Position numbers and translations under genes: made by a program. 64,000 bases of DNA from an uncultured Bacilli bacterium (GTDB lineage Bacteria; Bacillota_I; Bacilli_A; RF39; UBA660). The DNA is taken from positions 78,777 to 142,776 of the forward strand of contig CAKOSH010000001.1 in assembly GCA_934102215.1 (NCBI GenBank), in the 5' to 3' direction. The notes below the pieces were generated by a model. The model was not told the DNA's origin, ran no database searches, and saw nothing but the letters and a program-made list of their open reading frames with translations. Shown here in pieces: positions 29,113 through 38,498 of this stretch; positions within the stretch are counted from its first letter, which is position 1; every line of letters begins with the position of its first letter.

Positions 29113-30441
29113 ATGAATAAATATAATGAAACACTAATCAAAATTTTAAAATGTAGTGAACTAGAAGCATTAAATCTAAATCATCAATATATAGGTACAG
29201 AACACTTTATATTAGCAATATTAAAACTAGATAATCCATGTAAAAATATTTTAAACAATCTAAATATTACCTACAAAGACTATTTAATAGAAGTAAATAA
29301 AACAATAGTAAATACTAACAAAGTAAAACAAATATCATATACACCATTATTCAAAAAAATATTAATGAATCTAAATAAAAAAGACATAACAGAAAAAGAT
29401 ATATTAATAGAAATACTTGAATATGGAGAAGGCATTGGTATTTCATTACTTAGTAATCTAAATATTAATTTAAACAAGCTTTATAATGATTTATTACACA
29501 ATAAAAGTGATAATGAATATGGTATCAATCTAAATGAACAAGTCAAAAAGAAAGACTATGAGCCTATCACTGAAAGACATAAAGAATTAAATGAATTAAT
29601 AGAAATTTTACTTCGTAAAAATAAAAATAATCCTTTATTAATTGGTGAACCTGGTATAGGAAAAACAGCATTAGTAGAAGCACTTGCTTATAAAATAGTT
29701 AAAAAAGAAGTTCCTAAAGAATTATTAAATAAAACTATAATATCAATAAATATATCAAAAATAGTAAGTGGAACAAGATATAGAGGAGAATTTGAAGAAA
29801 AATTTCATAAAATGATTGAATACTTTGAACAAAATAATAATTTAATTATATTCTTTGATGAAATACACACTATAGTAGGTGCAGGAGGAGCAGAAGGAGC
29901 AATAGACGCTTCAAATATATTAAAGCCTTACATCGCAAGAAATAAATTAAAAATAATAGGGGCTACTACCACAAAAGAATATTATAAATCTATATATAAT
30001 GATGGAGCACTAAATAGAAGATTTCAAACAATATTAATTAAAGAACCAACTACTAAAGAAACATTAAATATACTAATAAATTCTAAAAAGTATTATGAAA
30101 AATTTCATAATATCCATATCACAAATAAACAATTAGAAACAATAGTAGATTTATCAAATAAATATATTAAAGATAGATATAATCCAGATAAAAGTCTCGA
30201 TATGCTAGATAAGATATGTTCAAAAATAAAATTACAGCATATAGAAACAGATACAATAAATAATTTAAATGAATTACAAGAACAAAAAATAAATTACATC
30301 AAAAATAAAGAATTTAGTAAAGCCAAACAAATATCAAATAAAATAAATAATTATAAAACAAATAAATTAAAAATAGATAATAATACTATATATGAATCAT
30401 TTAACATCGATAAAAAGGTATCATTTGGATTTTCTTCATAA
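29113..30441 (+). CDS. Clp/Hsp100-like AAA+ ATPase with Clp_N domain and only the D1 nucleotide-binding domain
   Basis: Clp N-terminal repeats (NHQYIGTEHFILAILK; IGISLLSNLNINLNKL), Walker A GEPGIGKTALVEALAYKI, Walker B LIIFFDEIHT, sensor region GATTTKEY; the ORF ends after D1 (442 aa), so no D2 and no ClpP-binding loop. Confidence 0.7.
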   Translation: MNKYNETLIKILKCSELEALNLNHQYIGTEHFILAILKLDNPCKNILNNLNITYKDYLIEVNKTIVNTNKVKQISYTPLFKKILMNLNKKDITEKDILIEILEYGEGIGISLLSNLNINLNKLYNDLLHNKSDNEYGINLNEQVKKKDYEPITERHKELNELIEILLRKNKNNPLLIGEPGIGKTALVEALAYKIVKKEVPKELLNKTIISINISKIVSGTRYRGEFEEKFHKMIEYFEQNNNLIIFFDEIHTIVGAGGAEGAIDASNILKPYIARNKLKIIGATTTKEYYKSIYNDGALNRRFQTILIKEPTTKETLNILINSKKYYEKFHNIHITNKQLETIVDLSNKYIKDRYNPDKSLDMLDKICSKIKLQHIETDTINNLNELQEQKINYIKNKEFSKAKQISNKINNYKTNKLKIDNNTIYESFNIDKKVSFGFSS

Positions 30442-30483
30442 ATAATTCACAATTATATGATACAATTATATTGGTGATGAAAA

Positions 30484-31164
30484 ATGGATTATTATAGTTT
30501 AGATGTAATTTTAATGATAATTATTATAGTTTTACCATTGTATGCTAATATGAGAATAAATTCAACATATAGTAAATATTCAAAGAAACAAAATAGTGGA
30601 AAACTTACTGGTAAAGAAGTTGCTGAAAAAATTCTTGAAATGAATGGGCTTAGTAATGTAAAAGTTGGAAGAATTAATGGAAGTCTTACTGACCATTATG
30701 ATCCTAGAAATAAAACAATAAATTTATCAGATGGTATTTATAATAGTAATTCCATATCTGCTTGTGCTGTTGCTGCTCATGAAGTTGGACATGCAATACA
30801 AGATAAAGAACATTATAGTATGTTAGTATTTAGAAGTAAATTAGTTCCTGTTGTTAACTTCACATCAAGATTGTCTTCAATACTTGTGTTTGCAGGATTT
30901 ATATTTGATTTATTTAATTTTATAACAATCGGAGCAATACTTTTAACAGTAGGATTATTCTTCCAATTAATAACACTTCCAGTTGAATTTGATGCATCAA
31001 AAAGAGCCAAAGAAGAATTACAAAAATGTGGTCTTATTGAAAAGCAAGATACAAATGGTGCAACTAAAGTATTAAAGGCAGCAGCATTTACATACGTAGC
31101 TGGATTCCTTGCATCAGCCCTTCAAATAGCAAGATTACTTCTAATAAGTAGAAATAGAGATTAA
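30484..31164 (+). CDS. membrane zinc metallopeptidase (YugP/Zn_peptidase_2-like)
   Basis: HEVGHAIQ zinc-binding motif, N-terminal TM, C-terminal TM pair; 226 aa. Confidence 0.7.
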   Translation: MDYYSLDVILMIIIIVLPLYANMRINSTYSKYSKKQNSGKLTGKEVAEKILEMNGLSNVKVGRINGSLTDHYDPRNKTINLSDGIYNSNSISACAVAAHEVGHAIQDKEHYSMLVFRSKLVPVVNFTSRLSSILVFAGFIFDLFNFITIGAILLTVGLFFQLITLPVEFDASKRAKEELQKCGLIEKQDTNGATKVLKAAAFTYVAGFLASALQIARLLLISRNRD

Positions 31165-31234
31165 CAAAATCTCTTTTTTATTGCATTTAAAAACGAAAAC
31201 AATATATAATTATCTTCGTTTAATATGACTATAT

Positions 31235-31420
31235 TTATTTAACTATTATTGATAAAATGTATTTTTTAGCAACATATATATTATCATCTAAACAAATAAA
31301 CTCATCATCAATATAAGTTACTGTTCCTTTGTAGTTAGTGCTTAAACCATGCACATCACCCATTATTGAAGAAATAATAACTTTTTTATTTAAAAGATTT
31401 TCCATCATATACCTCCACAT
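31235..31420 (-). CDS. small hypothetical protein (61 aa)
   Basis: ORF only; no motif I recognise. Confidence 0.3.
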   Translation of the reverse strand: MWRYMMENLLNKKVIISSIMGDVHGLSTNYKGTVTYIDDEFICLDDNIYVAKKYILSIIVK

Positions 31421-31471
31421 TTATCTTATCACCATACGAATTATTAAACAAGTTATCAAAATAAATTTTAC

Positions 31472-31505
31472 ATTAAAAAAGTAGTCTCAATATGAAACTA
31501 CTTTG
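31472..31505 (-). terminator. Rho-independent terminator after rpsR
   Basis: Inverted repeat AAAGTAGT-(11)-ACTACTTT overlapping the rpsR stop, followed on the minus strand by TTTTTTAATG. Confidence 0.45.
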
Positions 31506-31710
31506 TATATGGTAATAAAGCCATATATCTTGCAATCTTAATTTGATTAGCAATATGTCTTTGATGTTTAGCGCAAGCACCAGTCATTCTTCTAGGTAAG
31601 ATTTTTCCTTTTTCATTAATATATTTAGAAACAATCATTACATCTTTATAATCAACTGATTTTCCAGCACACATTTGACATATTTTTTTTCTTCTATAAA
31701 ATTCTGCCAT
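31498..31710 (-). CDS. rpsR: 30S ribosomal protein S18
   Basis: [24 protein letters not shown]…[27 protein letters not shown]. Confidence 0.95.
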   Translation of the reverse strand: MAEFYRRKKICQMCAGKSVDYKDVMIVSKYINEKGKILPRRMTGACAKHQRHIANQIKIARYMALLPYTK

Positions 31711-31740
31711 TATATCCTCCTTAATTTAATAAGTTAATCA

Positions 31741-32220
31741 TTATAGAAATGGTAAATCATCATCACTTAATGATACATCCTTATCATAATTTTCATATGG
31801 ATCTGACTTTGAAATATCATATTCTGGCATTACATCAACAGGTGCTTCACTAGGAGCATCCATATATGTAGTATCTGTGTTAGCACTAGGAGCAGAACCT
31901 TCATTTTTTCCACCTACAAACTCAGCATTTTCTACAACAATTTCAGTAACGTATCTTTTACTTCCATCTTGAGCATCATAACTTCTAGTTTGTACTCTAC
32001 CTTCAACACAAATTAAATTACCTTTTTTAAAATATCTTGATACAAATGTTGCTGTATTTCTAAATGCTACACAAGGTAAGAAATCAGCATCATAATTACC
32101 ATCCTTATTTTTAAAATTACGATTTACTGCTACTGTAAAGCTAGCAGTAGAAAATCCAGCAGTTGTACTTCTAAGTTCAGGATCCCTTGTTAATCTTCCA
32201 ACTAAAACAATTTTATTCAT
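31741..32220 (-). CDS. ssb: single-stranded DNA-binding protein
   Basis: MNKIVLVGRLTRDPELR… OB fold, acidic C-terminal tail DDDLPF. Confidence 0.9.
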   Translation of the reverse strand: MNKIVLVGRLTRDPELRSTTAGFSTASFTVAVNRNFKNKDGNYDADFLPCVAFRNTATFVSRYFKKGNLICVEGRVQTRSYDAQDGSKRYVTEIVVENAEFVGGKNEGSAPSANTDTTYMDAPSEAPVDVMPEYDISKSDPYENYDKDVSLSDDDLPFL

Positions 32221-32223
32221 TAA

Positions 32224-32511
32224 CTACTCCTCTTCTCTTATGACAATATGTCTTAAGATGTTCTCATCGATTTTAGCTTTTCTATCAAATTCTTTAACAG
32301 CAGCAGGACTAGCTTCCACGTTAAATACATAATAGTTTCCTCTTAATTGTTTCTTAATAGGATAAGCTAATTTTCTTTGACCCATATCTTTAGAATTAAC
32401 TACTTTAGCTTTCATATCAGTTAATACTTTTTCAAAAGTCTTAACAACTTCTTTTTGAGTTTTTTCATCAATATCAGTCTTAACGATAAACATTATTTCA
32501 TATTTATTCAT
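32224..32511 (-). CDS. rpsF: 30S ribosomal protein S6
   Basis: MNKYEIMFIVKTDIDE…; start at internal ATG with AGGAGG RBS (track ORF extends to 32535). Confidence 0.9.
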   Translation of the reverse strand: MNKYEIMFIVKTDIDEKTQKEVVKTFEKVLTDMKAKVVNSKDMGQRKLAYPIKKQLRGNYYVFNVEASPAAVKEFDRKAKIDENILRHIVIREEE

Positions 32512-32654
32512 TATTACACCTCCTTTTGGTCTCACGGCTTCACATAAAATGAAGCAAGGAACTTTTTTGTTCGAGTGTATTATAGCATACTATAATTAAA
32601 GATACAATACGATTTTGAAAAAAGATATAGAAAAAAGTACACTTTCGTATACTT

Positions 32655-34376
32655 CTACATCTTATCTGGTATATCAATTGCTAATATATTAAGTAATTTA
32701 CTACCAACATTATACATCACATTAAGAAGTGCAACATAACTTTCTTTCTTTTCACTATCACTTTCATTAAGAATAGATGTTTCACCATAGAACTTATTAA
32801 ATAAACTACATAAATCAAATAAATATTCACATATATAACTTAATGTTTTCTCATTATAAGCTTTATTTAGCATTCTAGATAATTCAAGTAATTTAATATA
32901 TATATTTCTTTCAGTATCACCATATATTCCATGAATAATACTATCTTTATTATCAATTTTATTAAGTATTGATTTAATTCTAACCATAGTATATAAAACA
33001 TAAGGACCAGTTTTACCTTCAAATGAAGTTATTTTATCAATATCAAATATATAATCAGTAGTTCTATATGGTAAAAGATCTGCATATTTAATAGTTGCCA
33101 CTGTAAGAATATCAGCAATGTTATTTTTTTCTTCTTCACTATATTTATCTAACTTAGTAAGAAGTTTATTTTTAACATCACTTATAAGTCCATCTAATGA
33201 TGCTACTCCACCATCTCTTGTTTTAAATGGTTTTCCATCACTACCATTCATAGTTCCAAACCAATAATGAGAAAGTTTCACATCATCACGTACTAATTTA
33301 GATTTATATGATGCTCTAAATACTTGTTCAAAATATAATGATTGTCTTGCATCAACAATATACCATATTTCATCTGGATTATATAATTTAACTCTTGAAT
33401 ATATTGTTGCCAAATCACGAGTTGCATATATAGTAGCTCCATCATTTTTAATAACTATTAATGGTGGTACTTCAAGTTTGTCATCATCTTTTTTAACATC
33501 AATTACTTTAGCACCATCACTTTCATACATATATGGTTCTAATACTTTAAGAGTATCAGGAACATATTTTAAAGATGATAATTCTCCTTCCCACAATTCA
33601 AAATCACAATTTAAATAATTATATGTTCTTTTTATTATTCTACTAGATACTTCTACAATATCTTTCCACATTCCAAAATATGGTTCAACGCCACTATCAA
33701 CAAGAGCAGTAATCTTTCTTACTTCTTCCATTCTTTCTGGATTTTCTTTAGCATCATTACTAGCAGCTGGATAATATATAGCAAGTTCTTCTTCTGTTAT
33801 TTCAAGTTTAGGATACTTTCCTTTATATTTAGGATCAAAATAACATAAATCAGGCTTTCTTTTCTTAATCTCACTAATTATCATTCCAGATTGTCTACCT
33901 ATATCACCTAAATGAACATCACCTATTGTATTCATTCCTAATGTTTTAGCAAGTCTTTTAAGAGACTCACCAATATTTGCTGGTCTCATATGACCAACAT
34001 GAAGTGCTTTAGCAGCATTTGCTCCACCATAATCAACAATAATAGTTTTCTCTTCCATCTTATCAATTAAACTATCAACATTATTAATTGAATCATTTAT
34101 CTTATCAATCAAATATTCTTCATTAATAGTCACATTAATAAAACCAGGTCCAGCTATATTGACATTTGTAAATCTTTCATCAAAATTAGTAACTATTTCA
34201 TTTGCAAGTTCTCTTGGATTCTTTGCATATTTTTTAGCAAGTGCCATACATACATTAATTTGAAATTCACCAAGGTCACGTCTTGAAGAGGACTCCAAAC
34301 TAACATTATCAATTTCATATCCACATTTTGTAATTACATCATGTATATACTTTTCTGTTTCTTTAATAAAACTCAT
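32655..34376 (-). CDS. argS: arginine--tRNA ligase
   Basis: Class I HIGH motif (ALHVGHMR), ArgRS N-terminal and anticodon-binding domains, 573 aa. Confidence 0.9.
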   Translation of the reverse strand: MSFIKETEKYIHDVITKCGYEIDNVSLESSSRRDLGEFQINVCMALAKKYAKNPRELANEIVTNFDERFTNVNIAGPGFINVTINEEYLIDKINDSINNVDSLIDKMEEKTIIVDYGGANAAKALHVGHMRPANIGESLKRLAKTLGMNTIGDVHLGDIGRQSGMIISEIKKRKPDLCYFDPKYKGKYPKLEITEEELAIYYPAASNDAKENPERMEEVRKITALVDSGVEPYFGMWKDIVEVSSRIIKRTYNYLNCDFELWEGELSSLKYVPDTLKVLEPYMYESDGAKVIDVKKDDDKLEVPPLIVIKNDGATIYATRDLATIYSRVKLYNPDEIWYIVDARQSLYFEQVFRASYKSKLVRDDVKLSHYWFGTMNGSDGKPFKTRDGGVASLDGLISDVKNKLLTKLDKYSEEEKNNIADILTVATIKYADLLPYRTTDYIFDIDKITSFEGKTGPYVLYTMVRIKSILNKIDNKDSIIHGIYGDTERNIYIKLLELSRMLNKAYNEKTLSYICEYLFDLCSLFNKFYGETSILNESDSEKKESYVALLNVMYNVGSKLLNILAIDIPDKM

Positions 34377-34477
34377 ATAATCCTCTCCTTCTTGAATAGA
34401 TTATATCATTATAAATAATTTTTTTAAAGTGTTATATACTTTTGCATCAAAAAATATTATAATTATCATAGGAGAAA

Positions 34478-34998
34478 ATATGAAAAATGTATTATATGCA
34501 CAACTTATTGGTGTAGCCGCAATGCTCACGATATCTTTTTCAGTTCAATGTAGAAAAAAGAAACATATGATGATGGTCCAATCTTTTGCTCATATGTTAT
34601 ATGCTTTTCAATATGCTCTACTTGGTGCTATATCAGCTGCATATATGGATATAATGGCAGTAGTAAGAAACATACTTTTCTACAAATATGATAAAAATAG
34701 AAAACAAGTTCCAATTGTTTTATCAGGAATAATAATTATAATAACAGGAATAATAGGATACTTAAATTATACAAATCCTTTATCACTACTACCTGTTATA
34801 GTTGCAATACTTTATACTGTAGGAGCAACATTTAAAAATCCAAGAGTATATAAATATATATTTGGATTTTGCGCTATTGCATGGTTATTTTATAATTTAA
34901 AATTTAAAGCATACGTTTGTGTTATAGGTAACATTATGGAAATCACCTCAACAATAATCGCTTTAGTAAGAGAAACTAAAAATAAGAACAAAAAGTAA
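34478..34998 (+). CDS. YgjV-like inner-membrane protein
   Basis: Start at MKNVLYAQLIG with RBS GGAGAAAAT; 5–6 TM helices; resembles the YgjV family. Confidence 0.45.
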
Positions 34999-35039
34999 GA
35001 GTTATTATATATTGGATAATTGCTGTTCATTTACAAAAT

Positions 35040-35520
35040 TTTTAAAATATGTTATAATTTAGGTGTATGGAGCATTATGCTAGTCAAACATTCTACTTGA
35101 AGATGGGGCTAAAAATCCATTAATTGTGTAAAATGATACTTTATATATTTTGCTTCTTTCGCCCAGATTGGGGTGGATATATAATTTTAGTTTTAAGGAA
35201 AAGATATAATGGCATATATCCGAATCCTTAATACAAATCGATAAATATGAAAGCACATGTCGTGAGTGATTTATTGGGATATTATTGAAAAATAAATTGC
35301 AAAAGCGAATAATAGTAAATTATGTTTGTCTGGGAAAACCTCTAGCGTGAATATATTATAAGGATTGAAGTGCGGACTAAGTGGTGATCGAGTGATCATA
35401 TTGGTGACAAATGATTAATTCTTTTAAAGAGAAATCGCCCAAAGGTAACTAAAGGTAAGAATTTAGAGAAATTCAACTCGACCAAAGCCGTAAAATTAAT
35501 TTATAGTATTCCATACAATA
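35040..35520. other. ~480-nt GC-enriched, stem-loop-rich non-coding region (candidate cis-regulatory leader or ncRNA, class undetermined)
   Basis: No ORF >60 aa on either strand; GC-rich blocks (GATGGGGCT, CGCCCAGATTGGGGTGG, GTGCGGACTAAGTGGTGATCGAGTGATC, AATCGCCCAAAGG) and clear hairpins (TTAAGGA…TCCTTAA; CCCAGATTGGG) in a ~75% AT genome; ends 16 nt before the RBS of the gene at 35536. Confidence 0.3.
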
Positions 35521-35535
35521 CTTAAAGGGAGTTAA

Positions 35536-36081
35536 ATGAAAAAAGATAGTTGGATAATTAAGGCATTTTTAATGACTTTTTTTATAGCTTTAATTTTCAG
35601 TAGTACATCAAACTTTTTAATATCAAAATATAATAATACAATACTTTTAATAATATTATGTATTATATTTATAGGAATTGGTATTATATTTGATATAATT
35701 GGTACAGCTGTATTAACTGCAAACGAAGCATCATTCCATGCTAAAAGCTCTAAAAAAATAAAAGGTTCAAAAGAAGCAGTAAAACTTATAAAAAATTCAA
35801 GTACAATTGCAAGTATATGTAATGATGTAATAGGAGATATTTGTGGAATAGTAAGTGGTTCAGTTGGAGCAATGCTTGCAATAAACATATCAATCAAGTT
35901 TAACATTTCGACAATATTAATAACGCTATTTACAAGTTCAATAATATCATCATTAACAGTAGGCGGAAAAGCTATAGGTAAAAAATATGCTATTAAAAAT
36001 AGCGATTCAATAATATTTATAGTCGCTAAAATATTAAATAAATTCAAAAAAATAGAGAAAAATAAATTCTCTATTCATTAG
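35536..36081 (+). CDS. hypothetical polytopic membrane protein (181 aa)
   Basis: 4–5 hydrophobic helices; RBS AAGGGAG; directly downstream of the structured non-coding region. Confidence 0.4.
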   Translation: MKKDSWIIKAFLMTFFIALIFSSTSNFLISKYNNTILLIILCIIFIGIGIIFDIIGTAVLTANEASFHAKSSKKIKGSKEAVKLIKNSSTIASICNDVIGDICGIVSGSVGAMLAINISIKFNISTILITLFTSSIISSLTVGGKAIGKKYAIKNSDSIIFIVAKILNKFKKIEKNKFSIH

Positions 36082-36111
36082 AACACAATATATTAATATA
36101 TTGTGTTTTTA

Positions 36112-36360
36112 TTATTGCTTATTTAATCTTTCTATAAATAAATTCCCTACTTTTTCAAGTAATTCAGGATTATCTATATCAACTAGTGTTGTACTTCCAT
36201 TTAAATCTTTACGACTTTCTACAATAATGTAATTATTTGTTATACCTTCTTTTTCGTTATCAACTTGAAGTCCCATGAGATAGTTTTTTCCTTCATATGC
36301 CATTTCATCTAAAACATAATATTCAAGATTATTATCTAATTTTATTACTTTATCTATCAT
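36112..36360 (-). CDS. DUF1292 family protein
   Basis: 82 aa; MIDKVIKLDNNLEYYVLDEMAYEGKNYLMGLQVDNEKEG… fits the DUF1292 pattern (short acidic protein, E.Y.vL……gk.Y..L); 4-nt overlap (ATGA) with the upstream gene. Confidence 0.55.
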   Translation of the reverse strand: MIDKVIKLDNNLEYYVLDEMAYEGKNYLMGLQVDNEKEGITNNYIIVESRKDLNGSTTLVDIDNPELLEKVGNLFIERLNKQ

Positions 36361-38135
36361 AATGTTGGTCCTCCCATACCGCTTACTAATTCACTTGCTG
36401 AAATCCATGCTTGGTCTGCACCTGCTTTATCCATTACTGATACAGCTACTCTGCTTGGATCTATTCCATTAGTTGCACAGAATTCTTCTATTGATAATCC
36501 ATTTGTATTTATAACTTGTCCAATTGAGCCATCTGGATTAACTGAAGCAAATCTACCAAATATAGAATCTTTATTAACATATTGTGATAATAATGGTTTA
36601 GTATCAAGTCCCATGACAGCTCTATCTGAACTTATATGTCCCACGCTTACATTATAATTTCCAACGCCTTCTCCTATTCTAATTCCATCATATTGTGATA
36701 CTGGTTGCTGTACATTAGGTATTGCTGTAGTTTGAACTGGCGCAGGTTTTGGCTGAATTGGAGTTGGTTCTGGTGTTGTTCTAACAGGTGTAGGGTCTGG
36801 CTTAACATTAGGTTCTACTGAAGGAGTTGTAGCTTGAGCCGCATTTCTTGCCTGAATTAAATTATTAACGGTACTAGCAACAGTAAGTGTTGTACCTGTA
36901 ATAATCGCAGAATTAATCATCCATGACATATCACGAAGACCTTCTTCAGTTCTAAATTTATTTTTAATTCTATCAACTAATCCTTTTAGACCCGGTCTTG
37001 GTTCAACAACAGTATTTATTTTAGTACTCACACCAAGACTATTTAATCTAGCAATTTCATTTCTTCTTTGTTTTAAAAATTTATTAGCAAGTCCACCAGC
37101 AAGAGACATAACGCCTACTCCAAGAGGCCCAGCAGCAAAGAATACAGCAGCACCAATACCAATTCCAGCCGCAACATGTAACACTGTTTTCCAAGTTATT
37201 TTTGGCTTATTTGCTTTAACATTTGGCATTTGAGGTTCTTCATCATCAAGTTCAATTGGCTCTTCTGGCTCTTGTTCTTGATTTTGTTCTTCAGAAGTTT
37301 CTCCTTCCGGATTTTGATTTTGTTCATCAGTTATTTGCTCAGTTAAATCTTGTTGCTTTTCTTCATCTTTTTCTTCTTCATCTTTTATTTCTTCATTAAC
37401 TGGAGGTAATGGTTCAATAGCTTCTTCTACTTCTTCAATATCTTCAGAAGTTGATTCTCCATTATCACTACTACCATCATAACCTTCTTTAATTTCATTT
37501 TCAATGGCTTGTTCTTCTTCAGAAACTACCTCTCCAAGTCCATTATTTAAATTATTATTATTCTCTATTTCATGATTTTCTTCATCATTTAATTCATGTG
37601 ATTCATTAATATTTTTAGGTCTTTCTCCAAATTGAAGATCTCTCATTCTTTGTATAATGTTAGTTTTCTCACTCATTAAATTTCCAAGAGATGACTTATT
37701 TTCATCTAATCTTTTTTGAGCTTCTTCTTGCAATTTAGCAAGTGATTCTGGTTTCTCATAACCTTCTTTAACTTGAACATTTAATATATTGCTATCTTTT
37801 TCTATATCACTCTCTAATCTTTTAATTTGCCTATTAATTTCTATTCTTCTTTTACCAAGTTCAAAAAGTTCTTGACGTTTTCTTTCAGCAATAAGATTAA
37901 ATTGATTAGCCTTATCATAAGCAATATCTGTTATTTTATCAATTCTTTCTTTTTGCTCACTAGTAAGTTCATATTCATTATCTAACCGAAATGCTTCATT
38001 TTTAATATTATCAAAAAGTTCAAATCTATTTTGAAGTTCTTGTATACCATATGATTGAACATCTATTCCTAAATCATTTTCAAGTTCAATATTATCTTCT
38101 ATACTTCTTTCTAATCTATCTAACACTGTATCCAT
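36357..38135 (-). CDS. membrane-anchored coiled-coil protein with acidic low-complexity region and Pro/Thr-rich linker (592 aa)
   Basis: N-terminal coiled coils, E/Q/D-rich stretch (…EEVEEAIEPLPPVNEEIKDEEEKDEEKQQDLTEQITDEQNQNPEGETSEEQNQEQEPEEPIELDDEEPQ), TM segment WKTVLHVAAGIGIGAAVFFAAGPLGVGVMSLAGGLA, PT-rich linker, conserved-looking C-terminal globular domain ending MGGPTL. Confidence 0.5.
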   Translation of the reverse strand: MDTVLDRLERSIEDNIELENDLGIDVQSYGIQELQNRFELFDNIKNEAFRLDNEYELTSEQKERIDKITDIAYDKANQFNLIAERKRQELFELGKRRIEINRQIKRLESDIEKDSNILNVQVKEGYEKPESLAKLQEEAQKRLDENKSSLGNLMSEKTNIIQRMRDLQFGERPKNINESHELNDEENHEIENNNNLNNGLGEVVSEEEQAIENEIKEGYDGSSDNGESTSEDIEEVEEAIEPLPPVNEEIKDEEEKDEEKQQDLTEQITDEQNQNPEGETSEEQNQEQEPEEPIELDDEEPQMPNVKANKPKITWKTVLHVAAGIGIGAAVFFAAGPLGVGVMSLAGGLANKFLKQRRNEIARLNSLGVSTKINTVVEPRPGLKGLVDRIKNKFRTEEGLRDMSWMINSAIITGTTLTVASTVNNLIQARNAAQATTPSVEPNVKPDPTPVRTTPEPTPIQPKPAPVQTTAIPNVQQPVSQYDGIRIGEGVGNYNVSVGHISSDRAVMGLDTKPLLSQYVNKDSIFGRFASVNPDGSIGQVINTNGLSIEEFCATNGIDPSRVAVSVMDKAGADQAWISASELVSGMGGPTL

Positions 38136-38143
38136 AATCTACC

Positions 38144-38410
38144 TCATTCTTTAGAATTATTAATAGTTCTTAATTTACTATTCATATTATTACTAAATGT
38201 TTTTAAAACTGTATCAAGTACTTCTTTATTTTTTTCTTCTACAAATCCAGTACCAACATCCTTAAAAACAACAAACTTATCAGTTGGCTCTTCACCATTT
38301 AATTTATTAGTAAAATAATAAGTAATGCCATTATATTCAGTTTTATCAATAGTTATATAATCATTCCCAGATAATTCAAAAACATCATTTAATTTAACAC
38401 TATATCCCAT
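38144..38410 (-). CDS. DUF1292-like protein (second paralog)
   Basis: 88 aa; MGYSVKLNDVFELSGNDYITIDKTEYNGITYYFTNKLNGEEPTDKFVVFKD… same architecture as 36112..36360; 8 nt upstream of the 592-aa gene. Confidence 0.5.
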   Translation of the reverse strand: MGYSVKLNDVFELSGNDYITIDKTEYNGITYYFTNKLNGEEPTDKFVVFKDVGTGFVEEKNKEVLDTVLKTFSNNMNSKLRTINNSKE

Positions 38411-38498
38411 ATTTATTACTCCTATTCTATAAGAATAATAACATATTTAATATATTTAATCAATTTTTTCAAAATAAAAAGTAAACATTTTTGTTTAC

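Noticed and set aside
34377-34477. Possible T-box leader for argS
   Set aside because: Only ~100 nt separate argS from the divergent ygjV-like gene, too short for a T-box. No AGGGTGGNACCGCG element.
35532-36047. 171-aa minus-strand ORF
   Set aside because: Antisense to the better-supported plus-strand membrane-protein gene 35536..36081 (which has an RBS). Mirror-image hydrophobic translation.
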